A program made the position numbers and the translations under genes. Source: Terracidiphilus sp. (GTDB lineage Bacteria; Acidobacteriota; Terriglobia; Terriglobales; Acidobacteriaceae). Taken from it: 64,000 nt of DNA. How positions within the stretch are numbered: position 1 is the first letter of the stretch; each line of letters starts with the position of its first letter. The stretch spans positions 2,475 to 66,474 of the forward strand of contig JBEKGY010000018.1 in assembly GCA_050012555.1 (NCBI GenBank). The letters run 5' to 3'. Positions 40,273 to 51,465 of the stretch are shown here, in pieces. The notes under the pieces are model-generated. The model did not search any database and had not been told where the DNA came from. It saw only the letters and a program-made list of their open reading frames with translations.

Positions 40273-42174
40273 ATGCATCTTCATGTTCTTGATATCGCCA
40301 TCATCCTGGTCTATCTGCTGAGCACGGTGCTTATCGGTTATTGGGCTTCGCGCCGCGCTTCGCAAAGCATGCAGGCATATTTTCTGGGCGGCAACAAAAT
40401 GCCCTGGTATATGCTGGGCATCTCGAACGCATCGGGCATGTTTGACATCAGCGGCACCATGCTGCTGGTCTACTGGATGTTCATCTACGGCTTGAAGAGC
40501 GTATGGATTCCCTGGCTATGGCCGACCTTCAACCAGATATTTTTGATGGTCTATCTCTCCGCATGGCTGCGCCGCTCAAAGGTGATGACTGGAGCGGAGT
40601 GGCTCAAGACTCGGTTCGGCACCGGGCGAGGCGCGCAGTTGTCGCACGTGATCGTGATCGTCTACGCATTTGTCTGCACCCTCGGATTCTTCAGCTATGG
40701 TTTCAAGGGCATAGGGAAGTTCACGGCCACATTTCTTGACCCGACGTTTCTGGCATTGACCTCCCAGCGCTGGCATCCCACGCCAAATATGTACGCGCTG
40801 ATCCTGATCTCCATTACGGCGATCTACGTCATCAAGGGCGGCATGATCAGCGTGGTTATCACCGAGGTGGTGCAGTTCGCCATACTGGCCATTGCCTCGT
40901 TTTCCGTTGGCATTATCGCCATGCTCAAGGTGGCGCCAGGAACGCTGCATAAGGTGGTGCCCGCCGGGTGGGACAACGTCTTCTTCGGCTGGCATTTGAA
41001 CCTGGATTGGTCGGCGTTGATTCCATCGGCCAGCGCCAAGATTGCTCAAGACGGATATGGACTTTTCGGCTTTTTCGTCATCATGCTGCTCTTCAAGGGT
41101 GTGCTGATCTCGGCAGCCGGCCCGGCTCCGAGCTACGACATGCAGCGCATACTGGCTGCAAAAAATCCACGCGAAGCCTCGATGATGAGCGCCTGGGTAA
41201 ATATTGTGCTTACCTTCCCGCGCTACTTTCTTATTGTCGGACTTACGGTGCTGGCAGCCGCATTTTTCAGCGACAGCATCCGCGCCATGGGACCGAACAT
41301 GGACTTCGAACTGGTGCTGCCCATGGCGCTTGGCCGATTCGTCCCTGTCGGGCTACTGGGATTCCTGATCGCAGGCATGCTAGCGGCGTTTATGTCGAAC
41401 TTTGCGGCTACGGTGAACTCGGCGCCGCCTTATTTTGTCAATGACATTTACAAGCGCTTCATCAACCCCAATGCGACGTTGAAGACTTATGTCCGGCTTA
41501 GCTACCTGGCCTCGTTTGCCGTGGTCGTGATCGGCGTCCTGATTGGATGGTATGTAACGTCGGTAAACTCGGTGGTACTATGGCTCGTCTCCGGCTTGTG
41601 GGGAGGTTACACCGCATCCAATGTCCTGAAATGGTACTGGTGGCGGTTCAACGGCTTTGGCTACTTCTGGGGCATGGTCGTTGGCATTACATCCTCGCTG
41701 ACGGTGCCTCTGCTGATTGAAAAAGTCCCGGTTGTGCAGTATTTACTGTCTCGTTATTCCATCAACCTGAATGTTTCGATCATTTTCCCTCTGGTACTGG
41801 TTGTCTCGGTGATCGGCTGCTTCGCCGGCGCGCTGCTCACCAAGCAGGACGACGAAGAGGTGCTGAAGGACTTCTACCGCCGCGTACGGCCGTGGGGCTT
41901 CTGGGGGCCGATCCTGAAGAAGGTGCTGGCAGAAGATCCCAGCTTCAAACGCAACCGCGATTTTCCGCGCGATATGTTCAATATCGCGGTTGGCATCCTG
42001 TGGCAGATAAGCTTGGTAACGTTGCCTCTGTACATTGTTATCCAGGAATATTGGCGTGCCGCCATCGCCCTGGCGGCTATTTTGGGAACCTCGGCCATTT
42101 TGAAGTTCACCTGGTACGACCACTTGGCCGTGCGCGAGGTTGAGACAGACAAAACCGCCACCGCTGATAAGTAA
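40273..42174 (+). CDS. Sodium:solute symporter, probably sugar
   Basis: YFLGGNKMPW, SNASGMFDISG, MQRILAAK, many TM segments. Confidence 0.9.
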   Translation: MHLHVLDIAIILVYLLSTVLIGYWASRRASQSMQAYFLGGNKMPWYMLGISNASGMFDISGTMLLVYWMFIYGLKSVWIPWLWPTFNQIFLMVYLSAWLRRSKVMTGAEWLKTRFGTGRGAQLSHVIVIVYAFVCTLGFFSYGFKGIGKFTATFLDPTFLALTSQRWHPTPNMYALILISITAIYVIKGGMISVVITEVVQFAILAIASFSVGIIAMLKVAPGTLHKVVPAGWDNVFFGWHLNLDWSALIPSASAKIAQDGYGLFGFFVIMLLFKGVLISAAGPAPSYDMQRILAAKNPREASMMSAWVNIVLTFPRYFLIVGLTVLAAAFFSDSIRAMGPNMDFELVLPMALGRFVPVGLLGFLIAGMLAAFMSNFAATVNSAPPYFVNDIYKRFINPNATLKTYVRLSYLASFAVVVIGVLIGWYVTSVNSVVLWLVSGLWGGYTASNVLKWYWWRFNGFGYFWGMVVGITSSLTVPLLIEKVPVVQYLLSRYSINLNVSIIFPLVLVVSVIGCFAGALLTKQDDEEVLKDFYRRVRPWGFWGPILKKVLAEDPSFKRNRDFPRDMFNIAVGILWQISLVTLPLYIVIQEYWRAAIALAAILGTSAILKFTWYDHLAVREVETDKTATADK

Positions 42175-42265
42175 CTGAACGCGCTGGAACCCCGTAGATC
42201 TGCCGATGGGAGGCAGTGGCCAGGGGAGCACTTGCCTTCAGGCGAGTGCCACCGTTTCTCCGCCG

Positions 42266-43336
42266 TCAGTTTGCTGCCTGCGCTTGAGCCGCACATTCCT
42301 TCAGCTCGCGACAGAGGGCATCGACGCGCGACAGATCTGTATCCCAGGAGAACATGAAGCGTGTCGCGCCACCGATGAAGGTATAGAATTGCCAGCCGCG
42401 CTCTCGAATCGGATTGAGAATTTCTTCGGACGCTGAAAGAAAAACCGCATTGGCTTCAACGGGCGCCGCCAGCCGAACACCGGGGAGGTCGGAGACCTGC
42501 GCCGCGAAATGCCTTGCGCAACTGTTGGCGTGCTCGGCATTGCGCAACCATGCTCCGCTCTCAAGCATTCCCACCCACGGCGCTGCAAGGAAGCGCATCT
42601 TCGACGCAAGTTGGCCGGCCTGCTTGCATCGGTAATCGAAGTCCGCCGCCAGCTTCCGGTCGAAGAAGAGAACCGCTTCTCCCACCGCCAAGCCGTTCTT
42701 CGTACCGCCGAAGCAGAGGACATCGACACCGCTCTTCCATGTGATCTCCGCCGGCGAGCAAGCGAGACTTGCGCAGGCATTCGCAAACCGGGCGCCATCC
42801 ATGTGCAGATAGAGCTTATGAATTTTGCATTCATCTGAAATTACACGCAATTCCGCCAATGTATAAACACAGCCTAACTCGGTGGATTGCGCGATGGTGA
42901 CGACGCGTGGCTTGGGGTAATGGATATCCTGGCGTTTAGTGGCGAGTTCCCGAATCGATGCCGGCGTGAGCTTGCCCTGCGCGTTTTGAGCTACCAGCAG
43001 CTTTGAGCCGTTTGAGAAGAACTCCGGCGCGCCGCATTCATCTGTCTCAACATGCGCTGAGTCGCAACAGATGACTCCATGATAAGACTGGCAAAGAGAT
43101 GCCAGCGCCAGAGAATTGGCCGCGGTTCCGTTGAAGACAAAGAAGACCTCGCAGTCAATCTCGAAGAGTTCGCGAAATGCATCGGATGCTCTTGCCGTCC
43201 AGGGATCGTCCCCGTATGCCGATGCGTGCCCGTGATTGGCAGCTTCGGTAGCGTGCCATGCCTCGGGACAGATGCCTGCGTAGTTGTCGCTTGCAAACTG
43301 CTGAAGCAGTTCTTCGCGGTCAATCTCGGTCATCAT
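42266..43336 (-). CDS. ltaE: Low-specificity L-threonine aldolase
   Basis: FASDNYAG, YGDDPWT, HMDGARFANA, FGGTKNG (PLP lysine). Confidence 0.92.
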   Translation of the reverse strand: MMTEIDREELLQQFASDNYAGICPEAWHATEAANHGHASAYGDDPWTARASDAFRELFEIDCEVFFVFNGTAANSLALASLCQSYHGVICCDSAHVETDECGAPEFFSNGSKLLVAQNAQGKLTPASIRELATKRQDIHYPKPRVVTIAQSTELGCVYTLAELRVISDECKIHKLYLHMDGARFANACASLACSPAEITWKSGVDVLCFGGTKNGLAVGEAVLFFDRKLAADFDYRCKQAGQLASKMRFLAAPWVGMLESGAWLRNAEHANSCARHFAAQVSDLPGVRLAAPVEANAVFLSASEEILNPIRERGWQFYTFIGGATRFMFSWDTDLSRVDALCRELKECAAQAQAAN

Positions 43337-43591
43337 TTCTTTCTCCGCCCTGCAGCCATTGTCCAGGACCTGCTTGTATACCTAATCAATCATGGCACAG
43401 AGGGCGCTTGCCATTCTACCAAGACCGCGAGAAGAAGCAATCAACAGACAAGTGTGGACCTGGCTGACTCGACCTGCGGCCTGACCGGGATTTTGAACCA
43501 GTGGATTTGTTAGTTTAGCGCGGTTTTCTGTAGAGGAATTGCATAGGCCATCACAGTCCAACCCAGTAAATCAGTTGTGTTCTCCGGACGC

Positions 43592-44410
43592 TCATTCTAC
43601 CGAAGACGCTTCGCTTGCCAATAGCTCTTTTGATGCGACGAGCGGAGTTGAAGCGGCAGGGATATTCACGGCCGCAATGCGATCAGGCGCTACGCAGGCC
43701 AAAAGCGTAGCCGCGATGATCCGCATGTCGGACCAGAGAGTTGCACGGCACATATAGCGCGCGTCGATGCGCGCCTTCAGCGGCTTGATCCGGTGGTCAT
43801 AAAACAGGTCCAGATTGCCCGGGTGAACGCGACTCAAGATATCCTCTTCGCGGCGGAAGGCAAGCGTTGCTGCGCCAGTGATGCCGGGACGATAAGGCAT
43901 GTTGTAGATTGCTTCATATTGCGGCAGCTTGGGCCGGGGACCGACCAGGCTCATCTCCCCGCGCAGTACATTATAAAACTGCGGGAACTCATCGAGCTTG
44001 AATTTGCGCATCAAGCGGCCTATTCCGGTGATGCGCTTATCTCCGTTTCTTGTTAGCCAGGGGCCAAGGCCTTTTTCCGGGGCCACTGTCATACTGCGGA
44101 ACTTATAGATGCCAAAGAGGCGCCCTCGCCGGCCGACGCGATTCTGCACAAAGAGCGCCGGTCCATTCGAGGAGAGAAGCACGCAAAGGGCGATTGCCAG
44201 CATCGGAACAGCTAAGACCGCCAGGACCAGAAGAGCAACCGAAATATCGAGGAGTCGCTTGGAACGGGACAGGCTCCAGACGCTTGCGGATGGGTTGTCG
44301 ATCAACACTGTGCGAACGGGAGTGGCTATATCGGGACGCATCAATGCGGGGAGGCGCGATGGCAAAGCTGCGACAGTGCTTGATTCAAACACTCGACTGG
44401 ACAGTTGCAT
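43592..44410 (-). CDS. Priming phosphoglycosyl transferase (bacterial sugar transferase; start uncertain)
   Basis: KRLLDI, YKFRSM, KLDEFPQ...GEMSLVGPRP, RPGITG. Confidence 0.88.
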   Translation of the reverse strand: MQLSSRVFESSTVAALPSRLPALMRPDIATPVRTVLIDNPSASVWSLSRSKRLLDISVALLVLAVLAVPMLAIALCVLLSSNGPALFVQNRVGRRGRLFGIYKFRSMTVAPEKGLGPWLTRNGDKRITGIGRLMRKFKLDEFPQFYNVLRGEMSLVGPRPKLPQYEAIYNMPYRPGITGAATLAFRREEDILSRVHPGNLDLFYDHRIKPLKARIDARYMCRATLWSDMRIIAATLLACVAPDRIAAVNIPAASTPLVASKELLASEASSVE

Positions 44411-44879
44411 GGAAACGAACCTCGACAGGTGAAATTGGAATTCTGAGTATTGGCGAAAACCTTCAGCGCAGAGAACCTGGCTTGGGACTAATGCTGCCTC
44501 GCCAAGAGACTCCACATACGGTCCCGGGCATCGGCCGCAAATGAATTTTCGCCTTGATTCGTGTGGTCCGCGAGAACGGGAGGATAAATCGAAGGATGGG
44601 AGAGGCGCGAATGGAACCGTTCCCGTTATAGAACTGCGATAAGTAAGTTCTAATGAAGAGCCGATGAGCAATAAGATGCCATAAGTTTCAAGGATAAGTG
44701 CATATCCTGGTCGTCCTTATCGCATCTTTCAAGCAAGAGCGTGCTTTTGCTTGGCGGGAGAGGAGACTTTATCTCTGGCGCACGTATCCTCCACAAGCGC
44801 CAGAGATGAGAAACTGCTTATCCCGCAATCGGGCCGATCATGCAGGGCACACACGCCGCTCCCAAACGGCGATGTGGGC

Positions 44880-47519
44880 TCACTTGAGCGCATTGGCTGC
44901 AAGCGCGCTGAGGGACATCCCGGAGGCGAACTGGCTCCAGCCCATGATCTGGCTCAAGGCCGAGGGGCGCACGCTCTTTTCCGGTACGATGATCGAATCG
45001 CCTGGATAGAGACGCAGTTTGTCGAAGCCGGAGGAGGCGAAGATAGACTGGCCTGTCTCGCGAGGTGTTACCGACCCGTCGGCGCGCAGAATGAAGGCTC
45101 GTCCGCGATCCGCCTCGCGGCTCGTCCCGCCGGCCAGATGAAGGTAGTCGCCAACCCTGGCTCTTTCGCGGTAAAGAAATGCATTCTGATTGTAGACGGC
45201 GCCGATGACCTGGACGGTGGCGGGCATGGAGGGAACCACCAGCCGGTCGCCGTCCTCCAGGGGCAGCTCCGGCAACTGGTTCACTCCCGAGCTATAGGGT
45301 CCCAGGTTCAGCACCACTCTTCCGGTTGCACGCATCTGGCGAAGCCGCGCAATCAGAGCGTCGTTTACGGATGCGATCCGGCCCTGCTGCCCGGCGCCGT
45401 TCACCGCGCCGGCCACTCCGATGGAACTGCGTTCCAATTGATGCTCCAGCCGGTCGACATATTCGTTTAACCGCCGCTGCTCGATCTCCTGCGTGCTCTT
45501 GCGGGTGAACTCTGCCCCATACAGGTAGGCCCTGCCGGTCAGCCCTCCGGCGCGCGCGACCAGCGAGCGCAGGGTCTCGCCGGGCAAGACGCTGTAAACG
45601 CCGGCATGCACAAACTCTCCTTCCAGCCGCACATATTTTGTTTGCCGGTCCATGGGCTGGTGGATGTCGTCCTGCGAGAAGACCGTGACAATGTCGCCCG
45701 GCTGAAGTTCAAGGTTCTGGGAAGCATCGTGGCCGAGCACCAGCTTGCCAAGATCGAAGGGAATCAGCGATGTGGCCATGGTGGCCGTGTCCAGCCGCTC
45801 AATTACCGCGTAGTTCCAGTCGGTTTCCGAAGAGGGGCGAAGAAGCGCCGTCTCTGTTCCCATCCGGCCGTTTACTTCGAGGCCGCCCAGAGTGCCCGCC
45901 GCTCCCGAGGAGCGTGCCTCCAAGGCTTTCTGCATCGCCGCGGATGGATTGTCGTCTGAAGGCGGCTGCTGCAATTGCGTGCCGGAAGCGGCATTTGGAA
46001 AGCTGCCGGTTTGCTGCCTTGGAAAGCGGCCCGTTCCCGGTTGCGCTGCAAAAGCGTTGAGGGAAGGGGCGAACTCCGGCGCGGGAAGGCCGAGCTGAGT
46101 GCGCCGCCACCAGTAATCCCGCGAAACCAGCGAATCCCGGTCGGGCATCAGATCGCTCAGGCGCATGCCTTCATGCCAGCGAAAGCGCCCCGGATTGGCT
46201 ACTGATCCGCGCAGCGTGACCGTCTCGCGATAGGTCGAAACGATGGGATCGATGCGCACAATGTCGCCGTCGTCCAGCAGAGTAGACAAGCCCGCCGCAT
46301 CGGCCGCCAGTTCAAATGCGTGGCGCCGCGCGTGGTCCTCGATGCGTTCCACCGACAGGTGTGCACCGTAGGCGATCGCCGTCCTGCCGCCGGCCGCGTC
46401 GAGCAGTTGTTCGATCGGCTCCTTGCCGCGCAACTCATAGATGCCAATCTGGCGCACGCTGCCCAGCAGCGCAACCTGCGGCCCCGCCGCGGGAATGTAA
46501 AGTACGTCCCCCGGCTGCAGTTGTACATCGCCGGTCTTGTCGCCCTTCACCAGCAGCGCATAGAGATCGAAGTCTGTGACCACCTTGCCCTCGCGCTTGA
46601 GCTGGACGTGGCGCATGGAACCCGCCGCCGAAGGACCGCCGCTCGAGAAAACCGCGTCCACCAACGTGCTGAGCGCGCTAACCGTGTACTCCCCCGGCCG
46701 GTGTGCGAGACCGGTTACGTATATCTGAATGGAATGAATCTCACCCATGTCCACACTCAACTCGAAGTTGCGATAGACCCGCTCCATCGCACTGCGCAAA
46801 TGGCCGGGGATGGCGGAGAACGGCAGTCCGGCAACATGCACGTTGCCGATCTTGGGAAGGTAGATTTCTCCTTCGCGGCTCACGAGCAGATTGGCGCTGA
46901 AGTTGACCTGGCCCCAAATGCGAACTCGCAATTCATCCCCTGCGCCAACGATCAGGTCTCCAGGCGCGGGTCCGTGGTCGATGGGAGCAAACGATGTAGG
47001 CTGCGTGCTAAAGAGGCTGGCGCCGTAAACAGGAAGCATCTGGCCGGTTGTTGCGGCCACAAAACGCTGAAACTCGGTGGGTGGTTCGGGGTGCGACGGC
47101 AGGCGGTCGTGAAGTCCGGATCCGTTGCCTGCCGGCCCCTCCGTGTAACTTGCGCCGCCAGGAAGACTCCCACTTGCCGAGGCCTCATTGGAGCGGTCCG
47201 CCTTTGGCGATTCCAATGGGGTGCTCTCGTTAATGTCTATCGGCGCGGAAGGTTCCTTGGGTGCGGTGGGTGCAATGGGAAGATTCGGACAGCCGAGTGC
47301 GTCTGGATCGGCCCCCTCAGGACATTGCGCGTGCAGCGCAGGTGCCGAAAAGTTGAGAGCTGCGGCGCAGACAAACCAGAGGAGTGCAACGCGACGATAG
47401 CATGGGAGGACAGATGAATGGTTTCTCATAGACGCCCCATTGTTTCCTGATCTATTGCAGGGATAGAAGGAAAAAATACAGCAGCGGAGGAGCAATGTCC
47501 CGAAATCGAACAGTCTCAT
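44880..47519 (-). CDS. Polysaccharide export protein with multiple SLBB domains (Wza/KpsD-like; alternative start 47429)
   Basis: GAGDELRVRIWG, LQPGDVLYIP, GSVANPG, LEDGDRLVVP, LYPGDSIIVP. Confidence 0.88.
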   Translation of the reverse strand: MRLFDFGTLLLRCCIFSFYPCNRSGNNGASMRNHSSVLPCYRRVALLWFVCAAALNFSAPALHAQCPEGADPDALGCPNLPIAPTAPKEPSAPIDINESTPLESPKADRSNEASASGSLPGGASYTEGPAGNGSGLHDRLPSHPEPPTEFQRFVAATTGQMLPVYGASLFSTQPTSFAPIDHGPAPGDLIVGAGDELRVRIWGQVNFSANLLVSREGEIYLPKIGNVHVAGLPFSAIPGHLRSAMERVYRNFELSVDMGEIHSIQIYVTGLAHRPGEYTVSALSTLVDAVFSSGGPSAAGSMRHVQLKREGKVVTDFDLYALLVKGDKTGDVQLQPGDVLYIPAAGPQVALLGSVRQIGIYELRGKEPIEQLLDAAGGRTAIAYGAHLSVERIEDHARRHAFELAADAAGLSTLLDDGDIVRIDPIVSTYRETVTLRGSVANPGRFRWHEGMRLSDLMPDRDSLVSRDYWWRRTQLGLPAPEFAPSLNAFAAQPGTGRFPRQQTGSFPNAASGTQLQQPPSDDNPSAAMQKALEARSSGAAGTLGGLEVNGRMGTETALLRPSSETDWNYAVIERLDTATMATSLIPFDLGKLVLGHDASQNLELQPGDIVTVFSQDDIHQPMDRQTKYVRLEGEFVHAGVYSVLPGETLRSLVARAGGLTGRAYLYGAEFTRKSTQEIEQRRLNEYVDRLEHQLERSSIGVAGAVNGAGQQGRIASVNDALIARLRQMRATGRVVLNLGPYSSGVNQLPELPLEDGDRLVVPSMPATVQVIGAVYNQNAFLYRERARVGDYLHLAGGTSREADRGRAFILRADGSVTPRETGQSIFASSGFDKLRLYPGDSIIVPEKSVRPSALSQIMGWSQFASGMSLSALAANALK

Positions 47520-47759
47520 GAGTCTCTTCCCATAATTGACCCACTGCCGCCTGTTTTATGTATTCCCTGCTTGCACCCCTTCCTTACGCCGGTAATCTGA
47601 ACGCAGTTTCCCGGCCAATTGACCGGGCGGTTCATTTTCAAGTGAACGCGCCTTGCGCGGCAAGGCAGGCAACGACGGTCTCCACCGCAGTAAAACCGGC
47701 GGCGTACATGAAGTCCGTAACAGGACGCACGTTACGCTCCCAACAACCCGATCTCAACC

Positions 47760-48995
47760 ATGAGGAAGATTCTCGTGCCAACAGCAGAATACGAATCCGC
47801 CGTTCTCAACCCCGATGCTCCCCTCGGTTCTTTGCTGCCTCTGCTTCGGTTGGCGATGAAATGGAAGAGGCTGGTCTGGATCACGGTGGTTGCAATGATC
47901 GTGCTGGCTTGTGTAGTTGCGTTATTGCTGCCGAACCGTTACACGGCCACCGTGGTGTTGTTGCCGCCGCAACAGAGCGGGTCAACGGGAGCGGCGATGA
48001 TGGCGCAGCTGAGCAACCTGGGCGCCATGGCCTCGGCGGCCGGCAGCATGGGTATCAAGAATCCGAACGATCAGCAAGCTGCCCTGCTGAAGAGCCGCAC
48101 GGTGGAGGATGCGATGGTCGAGCGCTTTCATCTGCAGGCACTCTACCACCGTAAGTACCTTTCCACGACGCGCAAACGCTGGGAGCGGGCCACAACGATT
48201 GACAACGGCTTGAAGGACGGACTGATCCGCCTCTCGGTGACCGATCGAGATCCACGCCGGGCCGCGGATCTTGCCAATGGATGGGTTGAAGAATACCGGC
48301 GCTTCACTGAGACGCTGGCCATCACCGAGGCGTCGCAGCGAAGACTTTTCTTCGAGCGGCAGTTGAGCGCCGCGCATGAGGATTTGGTGCGTGCCGAAGA
48401 GAATATGAAGCAGACCGAGCAACGCACCGGTGTGATTGAGATTGAGGGCCAGGCCCGTGCCATGATCGCATCGGCTGCCGTGTTGCGCGGCCAGCTTGCG
48501 GCCAAGCAGGTCGAGATCAGGGCCATGCGCGAGTTTGCCGCCGATCAGAATCCGGACCTGGTGCGTGCCGAACAGGAGTTGGCCGGAATGGAAGGGCAGT
48601 TATCCGCGATGGATGCGGCAAGCGATCGCAGCACAGGCGACCTGATCGCGCCCAAGGGTACGGTTACGCAGGCGGGTCTGGACTATTCGCGCGCCATGCG
48701 AGAGGTGAAGTATCGCGAGACCATTCAAGATCTGCTCACGCGCCAATATGAGGGGGCGCGCGTGGATGAAGCGCGGCAGGGGGCGCTGATACAGATCGTT
48801 GATCCGGCTGTCGCTCCAGACCGGCCCTCACCATACCGATTCTGGGTTGTACTCGGAGCTCTGTTGGGAGCTCTGCCGCTGGCCTTGCTTACGGTCTGGG
48901 CCGCCGAAGTCTTAGCGATATTGCAACGTACCCGCCGTCGTACCGGTTCATGGTCTTCTGCTCTCGAACAGGTCGTTACAGGAGTGTGGCAATGA
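47760..48995 (+). CDS. Wzz/GumC-type polysaccharide co-polymerase without kinase domain
   Basis: TM-YTATVVLLPP, coiled coil, QIVDPAVAPDRP-TM; no Walker A. Confidence 0.85.
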   Translation: MRKILVPTAEYESAVLNPDAPLGSLLPLLRLAMKWKRLVWITVVAMIVLACVVALLLPNRYTATVVLLPPQQSGSTGAAMMAQLSNLGAMASAAGSMGIKNPNDQQAALLKSRTVEDAMVERFHLQALYHRKYLSTTRKRWERATTIDNGLKDGLIRLSVTDRDPRRAADLANGWVEEYRRFTETLAITEASQRRLFFERQLSAAHEDLVRAEENMKQTEQRTGVIEIEGQARAMIASAAVLRGQLAAKQVEIRAMREFAADQNPDLVRAEQELAGMEGQLSAMDAASDRSTGDLIAPKGTVTQAGLDYSRAMREVKYRETIQDLLTRQYEGARVDEARQGALIQIVDPAVAPDRPSPYRFWVVLGALLGALPLALLTVWAAEVLAILQRTRRRTGSWSSALEQVVTGVWQ

Positions 48996-50365
48996 GAATA
49001 CGGGGGGCGCTGGGGCTGGATGGCGCGGTCGCCTACACCTTCCTGGCGAGGGCCGTGAACATCGTGGGCAGCGCCGGGACGGTGTTGCTGATTGTGCGCT
49101 TCCTCAGCCCCGTCGAGCAGGGTTACTATTACACCCTGCTCAGCCTGGTCTCGTTGCAGATGGTCTTCGAGCTGGGCTTCTCGTTTGTGATTCAGCAGTT
49201 GGCCGCGCATGAATGCATTCACCTGGAGATGAAGGCAGACGGCAGCGTAGCGGGCGATCGGGTAGCCCACGCGCGTCTGGCCTCCGCGCTGCAACTCAGT
49301 GTGCGCTGGTATACGGTGGCCGCTCTGGTCATGGGACTGATTCTGGCGCCGCTGGGGATAGTTTTTTTCGCTCGTCATGCAGCCTCTGGTGCAGCGCAGG
49401 TTGCCTGGCTGGGGCCGTGGCTCACGGCGGTATTTGCCTCTGCGGCGGGTCTTTGGTGCATGCCATTCTATTCCTTTCTGGAGGGATGCGGGCAGGTACG
49501 CACCGTTGCCGCGATGCGATTGCGCCAGGCGGTTGCCGCCTCAGTGTTTGCCTGGGCGGCCATGCTGCTGCATCGTGGGCTTTACGCGCCGGCCCTGGTG
49601 ATCGTGGGCCAGGTCGGAACTGGCCTTTTCTTTCTCGTCGCGCGCCGCCGCTTGCTGGCGGGATTGCTGCGCCATCCGGCCCGTGAAGCAGCCATCCACT
49701 GGATCCGCGAGGTATGGCCCTTTCAGTGGCGCATCGCCGTCAGTTGGACGTGCTCCTACTTCACCGTGCAGATCTTCATCCCCATCATCTTCGCGTTGCG
49801 TGGGGCGGTCGAGGCCGGACAGATCGGCATGTCGCTCAGCATCACCGGTTACATGACGGTTCTGGCGCTGGCCTGGTCCTCGACCAAGACCACTCCCTTC
49901 GGCCGCATGATTGCGCGGCGGGAGTTTCAGGGGCTTGACCGTCTTTTCCGGCGCACACTGTGCCAATCGCTGGCCGTATTCGGCCTGATTGCGCTGGCGG
50001 TTTGCGGGTTGGCCACGCTGTTACCGGCGGTGGCTCCCCGGTTAGCGGCACGCATGGTTTCGCCGCAACTGTTTGCGGTGCTGGTTCTGGCGGCGGGATC
50101 CAACTGCGCGGTGCAGAGCCTGGCCACGCTGCTGCGCTCCTTCAAGAGCGAGCCATTTCTCGTTCAATCGCTGGTCGTTGCCTCGCTCACTCTGCTGCTG
50201 GCCGCGCTGACAGCGCCCCAATGGGGCAATGCCGGTGTCACCTTCAGTTACCTAGTCGCCACGGCGGGCATTGGCCTGCCTTTCGCATGGACTATTTTTG
50301 CACGCGCCCGGCGCGGATATCTGCTCACGGATGCGTTTGCGCCCTGTGGAAGCGAGGCTGAATGA
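48992..50365 (+). CDS. wzx: Wzx-type flippase
   Basis: LSPVEQGYYYT, FELG, many TM segments; ATGA overlap. Confidence 0.8.
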   Translation: MRIRGALGLDGAVAYTFLARAVNIVGSAGTVLLIVRFLSPVEQGYYYTLLSLVSLQMVFELGFSFVIQQLAAHECIHLEMKADGSVAGDRVAHARLASALQLSVRWYTVAALVMGLILAPLGIVFFARHAASGAAQVAWLGPWLTAVFASAAGLWCMPFYSFLEGCGQVRTVAAMRLRQAVAASVFAWAAMLLHRGLYAPALVIVGQVGTGLFFLVARRRLLAGLLRHPAREAAIHWIREVWPFQWRIAVSWTCSYFTVQIFIPIIFALRGAVEAGQIGMSLSITGYMTVLALAWSSTKTTPFGRMIARREFQGLDRLFRRTLCQSLAVFGLIALAVCGLATLLPAVAPRLAARMVSPQLFAVLVLAAGSNCAVQSLATLLRSFKSEPFLVQSLVVASLTLLLAALTAPQWGNAGVTFSYLVATAGIGLPFAWTIFARARRGYLLTDAFAPCGSEAE

Positions 50366-51465
50366 GCACTGCAGTTCAAAACAACATTTCGATTACAGCG
50401 GCCATGACAGCCATGGTCTCGCGGGCATCGACGGCCTCGTCATCGTCAGCAGAGCAGGCCATGCAACACGGGTATCCCTCCAAAGTCCTGATCACGGGAG
50501 GTCACGAAGTCGGAGGCGTACACAGCTTTACTGAGGGATTGCGCGCGGGCTTCGTCGACCTTGGATTCGAGGTTGAAGTCGTTTCCCCATCGCGCATCTG
50601 GCGGCATTGGCGCGAACTGCGCGACCCGTATGTGCTCAAGATTCTCAGCACCACCGCTTTGTTCGCCGCACCGTTTTCGCTGCGTTCTGTGTGTGTTGCG
50701 CACGGATTTCCCTGCGCCGCACACCAGGGATGGCCAAGGACATTGGCGATTCTGGCTGCCTACCGGCTGGCCGCCGCCAGCCGTGGAGCGCTACTGGCGG
50801 TCGTTTCGGAGTACTCGGCATTGCACCTGCGAGAGATCTTCGGGCTGAGCGTGGATACGGTGATCCACAATCCCATGCATCCGCTGTTCATGGAGGCCAA
50901 GCCGGAGACGGAGACAAGGCGCGAGGCGATTACGTATGTGGGCCGCCTGCATAGCGCCAAAAATGCACATCGGCTGCTGCCTGCCATCCGTGATGTGCTG
51001 GACGAAAACCCCGGTCTGCATGCGTGGATCGTGGGAGACGGCCCCCTGCGCCCGGCATTGGAGCGCATCGCCGCGGGCGACGAGCGCATTGAGTTTTTGG
51101 GAGCGCTTACGCCGCTTGAGGTGCGTGACCGGTTACGGCGCACGCGCGTGTTTGTCTCCGCCAATGCTGCCGAACACTTCGGCATCGTTTACCTGGAGGC
51201 GCTGAGTCAGGGTTGCGCGGTGGCGATGCCGGCCTCGGGCGGCGGCCTGGAGATTGCGCCGGATCTGATCGGCGGCGGAATTCAACTGTTTCCCGTCTCC
51301 ATGAGCCGCGCGGAGGTGGCTTCGGCGCTACGCAAGGCGCTGGTTGCCGCCCCCTGGGCCGCGCCGTTGGCGGCCTACTCGCCGCGCTCAGTCGCGGAAG
51401 CCTATTTGAAGGCCGGATCGCGATTCTGCGCGCGCGGTAAATTCCATCCGGAGGCAGGCCAATGA
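50362..51465 (+). CDS. GT4 glycosyltransferase
   Basis: YVGRLHSAKN, IVGDGPLR, EHFGIVYLE (Ex7E). Confidence 0.88.
   Translation: MSTAVQNNISITAAMTAMVSRASTASSSSAEQAMQHGYPSKVLITGGHEVGGVHSFTEGLRAGFVDLGFEVEVVSPSRIWRHWRELRDPYVLKILSTTALFAAPFSLRSVCVAHGFPCAAHQGWPRTLAILAAYRLAAASRGALLAVVSEYSALHLREIFGLSVDTVIHNPMHPLFMEAKPETETRREAITYVGRLHSAKNAHRLLPAIRDVLDENPGLHAWIVGDGPLRPALERIAAGDERIEFLGALTPLEVRDRLRRTRVFVSANAAEHFGIVYLEALSQGCAVAMPASGGGLEIAPDLIGGGIQLFPVSMSRAEVASALRKALVAAPWAAPLAAYSPRSVAEAYLKAGSRFCARGKFHPEAGQ

Noticed and set aside
47520-47760. ops/JUMPstart element before the polysaccharide genes
   Set aside because: Only GGCGGTT found, not the GGCGGTAG consensus
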